From: Cyanophora paradoxa CCMP329
Taxonomy: Eukaryota > Plantae > Glaucophyta
Assembly: GCA_004431415.1 (NCBI GenBank)
Contig: QPMI01000143.1
Span: forward strand, 62,001-126,000
Reading direction: 5' to 3'
DNA length: 64,000 nucleotides
How positions within the stretch are numbered: the stretch's first letter is position 1; every line of letters begins with the position of its first letter. Both the position numbers and the translations under genes were made by a program. Positions 60,506 through 64,000 of the stretch are shown piece by piece. Below the pieces are notes generated by a model, which saw nothing but the letters and a program-made list of their open reading frames with translations, made no database searches and had not been told where the DNA came from.

Positions 60506-63464
60506 CTACGAGGCGATGAGCTGGGCGTAGGCCTCGGAGAAGGCGGCAGTGTCCGGGAGTGCCTTCATGGCGCGCCAGTGCACGGTGTTGGCCTTGGCGT
60601 GGTCCCTGACGCCCTTCCGCAGCCACGTCACGTACAGCAGCCAGAGCACTGCGTCCGTCCGCCGTCGGATCAAATTCGACTTTGAATTTGAATTCGAACG
60701 CGAGTTCGGCGTACCCGTGTCGTGGGGGCAGTCGACGACGGCGAGCTCGAAGAGGCGCGGGAGCTCCGCGTGACGCGGCTCCCGCTCGCCCAGGAGCCCC
60801 AGCGCCGCCCTGTGTACCCCGGCCTCCACCGGCGGCCGCTCCAGCAGCCTGAATGCCACCGGCGTGAGCGGGGTACAGGGCAACGGCTTCTTTTTTTTTG
60901 GGGGGGGGGGGCGCGCCTCTGGTACGCGGAGCGGAGGGCGTCGGCGCCGCCGGCGGCAAAGGACCACTCGAGGAACTTCTCCTTGAAGAGGAGCGACCCC
61001 CCGCACCGCGCCCGCGACGCCCGCTGCGGCCCGGGCTCGAATCCGCGCCGGGGCCGTTTCGAAGTGTGGGGCGGGGTACGGCGCGCACGAGGAAGGCGGA
61101 CTGGACGGCCTCGGGGTCGGCGGCGTGGCGCGGGTCGGTGCAGACCTCCAGCAGCCGCTGCCAGAGCGGCCCCGCGCCTGCCCCGCCCCGCCTCATCGGG
61201 GGGATGGGGGGAGGGGGGGCGGAGGGGGGGGACGGACCGTCGGGGGGTACCCTGCGGATGCCCTCCTCGAGGACGGCAAGGACGTCGGAGGCTGTGGGGA
61301 GGGGGGAGGAGCCGTGGGCGGAGGAGGAGGAGGAGGAGGCGGCGGGGCCGCCGGAGGGCGTCGGGGCGGGGGAGGGGGCGGCGCGGCCCTTGCGTGCCGA
61401 GGAGCGGGCGCCGGCGCGGGAGCGGCCGGGCGCCGGCGTGGATGCCTCGCTGTCCGAGGCCGGCGCCGAGGCCGAGGCCGAGGCCGCCGACGGGCCGGCC
61501 GCGAGCCGCGCCAGCATGGCGTCCGCCCGCAGGAGCCACGCCGCCGCCGACGCCCCCGCCGCCGCCGTCGCCGCCGCAGCGACCGTCTCCGCCTCCGCCG
61601 CGTGGCCCAGCTGCTGAAAGGTAAGAAGAACGAGCTGGAAGAGGGTGTAGGGGGGACACGCACGTCGAGGAGGAGCTGGGCGTAGGCGCGCCGGAGTGCC
61701 TCCGAGGCGCGCCCCGCCGCCGCCGCCGCCTCGTGCACCTCGCCCGCGCCCCGCAGAAGCGCCGCCGCCTGCGGGGCGGCTCGAAGGCTGGACGGGCGGG
61801 CGGGCGGGCGGGCGGGGACGCACGGTGGCGGCCCGGGGCGGCGCGCGGCGTCCTCCTCCTCGCGGGCCGCCCGCGCGCGCTCGATATGGAAGGCCAGCGC
61901 CCGCTCGTGCATCCCCTCCGTCCCGACCGCCTGCGCCCGGCGCAGCCCGCCCGCCCGCCCGTCGGCCGGGGCGGCGCGGGTGGGGTGGGCGGCGTGCGGG
62001 GCGCGGGTCGCGGGCGCACGTCGCACGCGCGGCGGAAGGTGGTTTCGGCGGCGGAGCAGGCGGCGGCGTCGTCCCACCAGTCGGCCGGGCCGCCCCGCAG
62101 GCCGCGCCGCGCCAACGCATCCCACGCCTCCTGCCCCCCGACCGCGCCGGTCAGATCCGATCCGATCAAATCAGCTCAGATCGGGGGGCGCGCCTCGCTG
62201 TCGGGGAAGTCGCGCTCGAGGGAGTCGAACACGTCCTGCTCCAGCTGCCGCCCGATCCCGTCGAAGTCCCTCGCCATCTCGGCGAAGCGGAGTCGGAAGG
62301 GCACGTCGCCCGGGACGGCGGCGGCGGCGTTGCGGTAGACGGCGCAGGGGACGGCGCCGGCGAGGAAGCGCCGCTGCGCATCCGAGCGCTTCGAGGTCTC
62401 GCCCCGCTCCGCCTTGCGGAGGCCCAGGTCGTCCGCCCCGTCGCCCTCCCCGCCCGGGATCGCCGCCACGTCGATCGAGGCCGCCCCCGCCGGCCCGGCG
62501 CCCCCGCGCCCGCCCTCGTCATCTCCGCCGTCGATCCCGAGGATGCGCCGCCGCTCCGCGACCTTGTACACGTAGAGCAGCTCCAGGCGGCAGTACTCGT
62601 GCCACAGCTTCTGCGCCGCCGGGTTGATCCGCAGCGCCCGCTGCAGCAGCACTGCGCGGCGCCCGGGCCCGGGCGTGAGCGGCGGGCGAGGGAAGGGGGG
62701 CCGGCCGGGCCGCACCGCGGGCGGTCTGGATGTTGTTGTTCGACTCGAACTCCCACGACGCCGCCGCGATCCACAGCCCGGGCTTCGTCGGGTGCAGCTG
62801 CAGCGCGCTGCGGGGCGCGGCACGGCGCGGGTCGGGTCGGGCGGGGCGGGGTGCGCGGGCGCGCCGGCGGGCGGGGCGCGGCGCACCGCGCGAAGGTCTT
62901 GCCGAGGACCTTGGAAGATCCCTGCTTGCGGCAGAAGTCGATGTACTGGAGCCAGAGGCGCACGTCGCCCTTGAACTTGCGCAGCGCCCGCTCGAAGATG
63001 AAGTGGATGCGGCGGATCATGCCGAAGTCGCCCGCCCCGGGCTTGCTCTCGATCTCTGCGGGTGCCGCTCTCACGCGCGCCAAGGCACGCGCGCGACGGG
63101 ACGCACGTAGGCGGGCTCGGCGGAGCGCGCGCAGCTCCTCAAGCTGCAGCTCGTACTGCGCGTAGCGGATGAAGTCGGCCTTGAGCGGCGCTCGTCGCCT
63201 CAGCAGGTACTCGAAGTTCGTCCGCTTCTTCACGATCGCCTTGATCTCCTCCTGCGCTCCGCGGACGCGACGTCAGGCGCGATCGCGGCGAGCGGTCGGG
63301 AGCGCGGAGGTCGACGACCGAGGCGGCCCGCGGATCGCTCCTGGGCCTTAGCTAGAGCACGCTGGAAGCCGCCGCGTACGCACCGAGCTGAAGATGCCCT
63401 TGCGCTCCAAGTCCTGCAGCTCGGGCACCATCTCTTCGAGGATCTGCTGCACTACGTCTCCCAT
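60506..63464 (-). CDS. UTP6: U3 snoRNA-associated protein 6 (HAT repeats)
   Basis: MGDVVQQILEEMVPELQDLERKGIFSS/EEIKAIVKKRTNFEYLLRRR...DFIRYAQYELQLE...IHFIFERALRKFKGDVRLWLQYIDF...ALQLHPTKPGLWIAAASWEFE...LLQRALRINP..LWHEYCRLEL; C-terminal LWLLY...VHWRAMKAL. Confidence 0.93.
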
Positions 63465-64000
63465 CTTCGCTCCCGGTTCCCAAGTCCACGCCCGAGGCGG
63501 ATTTGAAGGTGCCGGCTCGCCGGCTTGCTTGGAATGCCCGGGTACGGCAAATTCTGCTTGTTGGACGAGCGGCTCGTATTCTCGCGGAGCCCGCCAGCGG
63601 AGCCAGTTCTGTCGCTCCCTGTCTCATCAGAGGAGCCAGCGTATTCGAAATCGAGCGCCTCGTTGCGGCGTGCGACGCCGGCGGAGCGCGACTCGCACAC
63701 TCGACCGGCCGCGGCGCGGATTCGCAGAGGAAGACCTTGTGCAGTGTTCAACATACAAAAATAGCGGCGGCTTCTCCCCGGCGGCACCCGGTCATGGCGC
63801 CGGCTTGAGATTGACCCGGCGAACGTCGGAGCTGACTCCGGGCGTACGCGTGCCCCGCAGCTCGCGTGAGCTCGCTAGAGGGTGAGTATGTGTGTGCGCG
63901 TGTGCACTTCGTGCCGTCGCGTCGGCCTCACGAACGCATCGTTTGCGCAGATTGGAACGATCAAATTCGACTGCAGCTGCCGAGCTCGAGCGCGGACGCG

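Noticed and set aside
1-64000. Hundreds of long Arg/Pro/Ala/Gly-rich ORFs in the six-frame track
   Set aside because: Shadow frames caused by very high GC and scarcity of stop codons; real genes are spliced.

Overview
Gene-dense, very GC-rich eukaryotic nuclear DNA with many short (about 55-190 nt) spliceosomal introns. Most six-frame ORFs in the track are GC-driven shadows, so the gene models below were rebuilt by hand across introns. Two genes start with MA(S/AA)F-type plastid transit peptides, one of them carrying a peptidoglycan-binding LysM domain; this points to a glaucophyte alga such as Cyanophora (inference). Genes, left to right: TmcB/TmcC-like multipass membrane protein (runs off the left edge); MFSD1-like MFS transporter; a head-to-head pair of putative E3-ligase genes (LRR-chromodomain-coiled coil-RING and F-box-LRR-ankyrin); an intergenic island with a hAT-type MITE beside a Helitron2/Helentron-like non-autonomous element; plastid-targeted GTP-dependent PEPCK; plastid-targeted TM-LysM protein; a head-to-head pair (uncharacterised ATP-grasp-like gene A and SAM-like + SNF2 RAD54L2/ATRX-type gene B) whose shared promoter is tandemly triplicated with truncated internal copies; a hypothetical gene; a PH-domain gene; UTP6. 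Highlights: the candidate muroplast wall-anchoring LysM protein, plastid GTP-PEPCK, unusual E3 domain architectures, frequent GC-AG introns with a GYGCGC-like donor, a start codon split by an intron, template-switch duplication junctions, and locus-specific GTAC/GATC palindrome enrichment in introns. Single-base indels in G/C runs are common and probably assembly errors.
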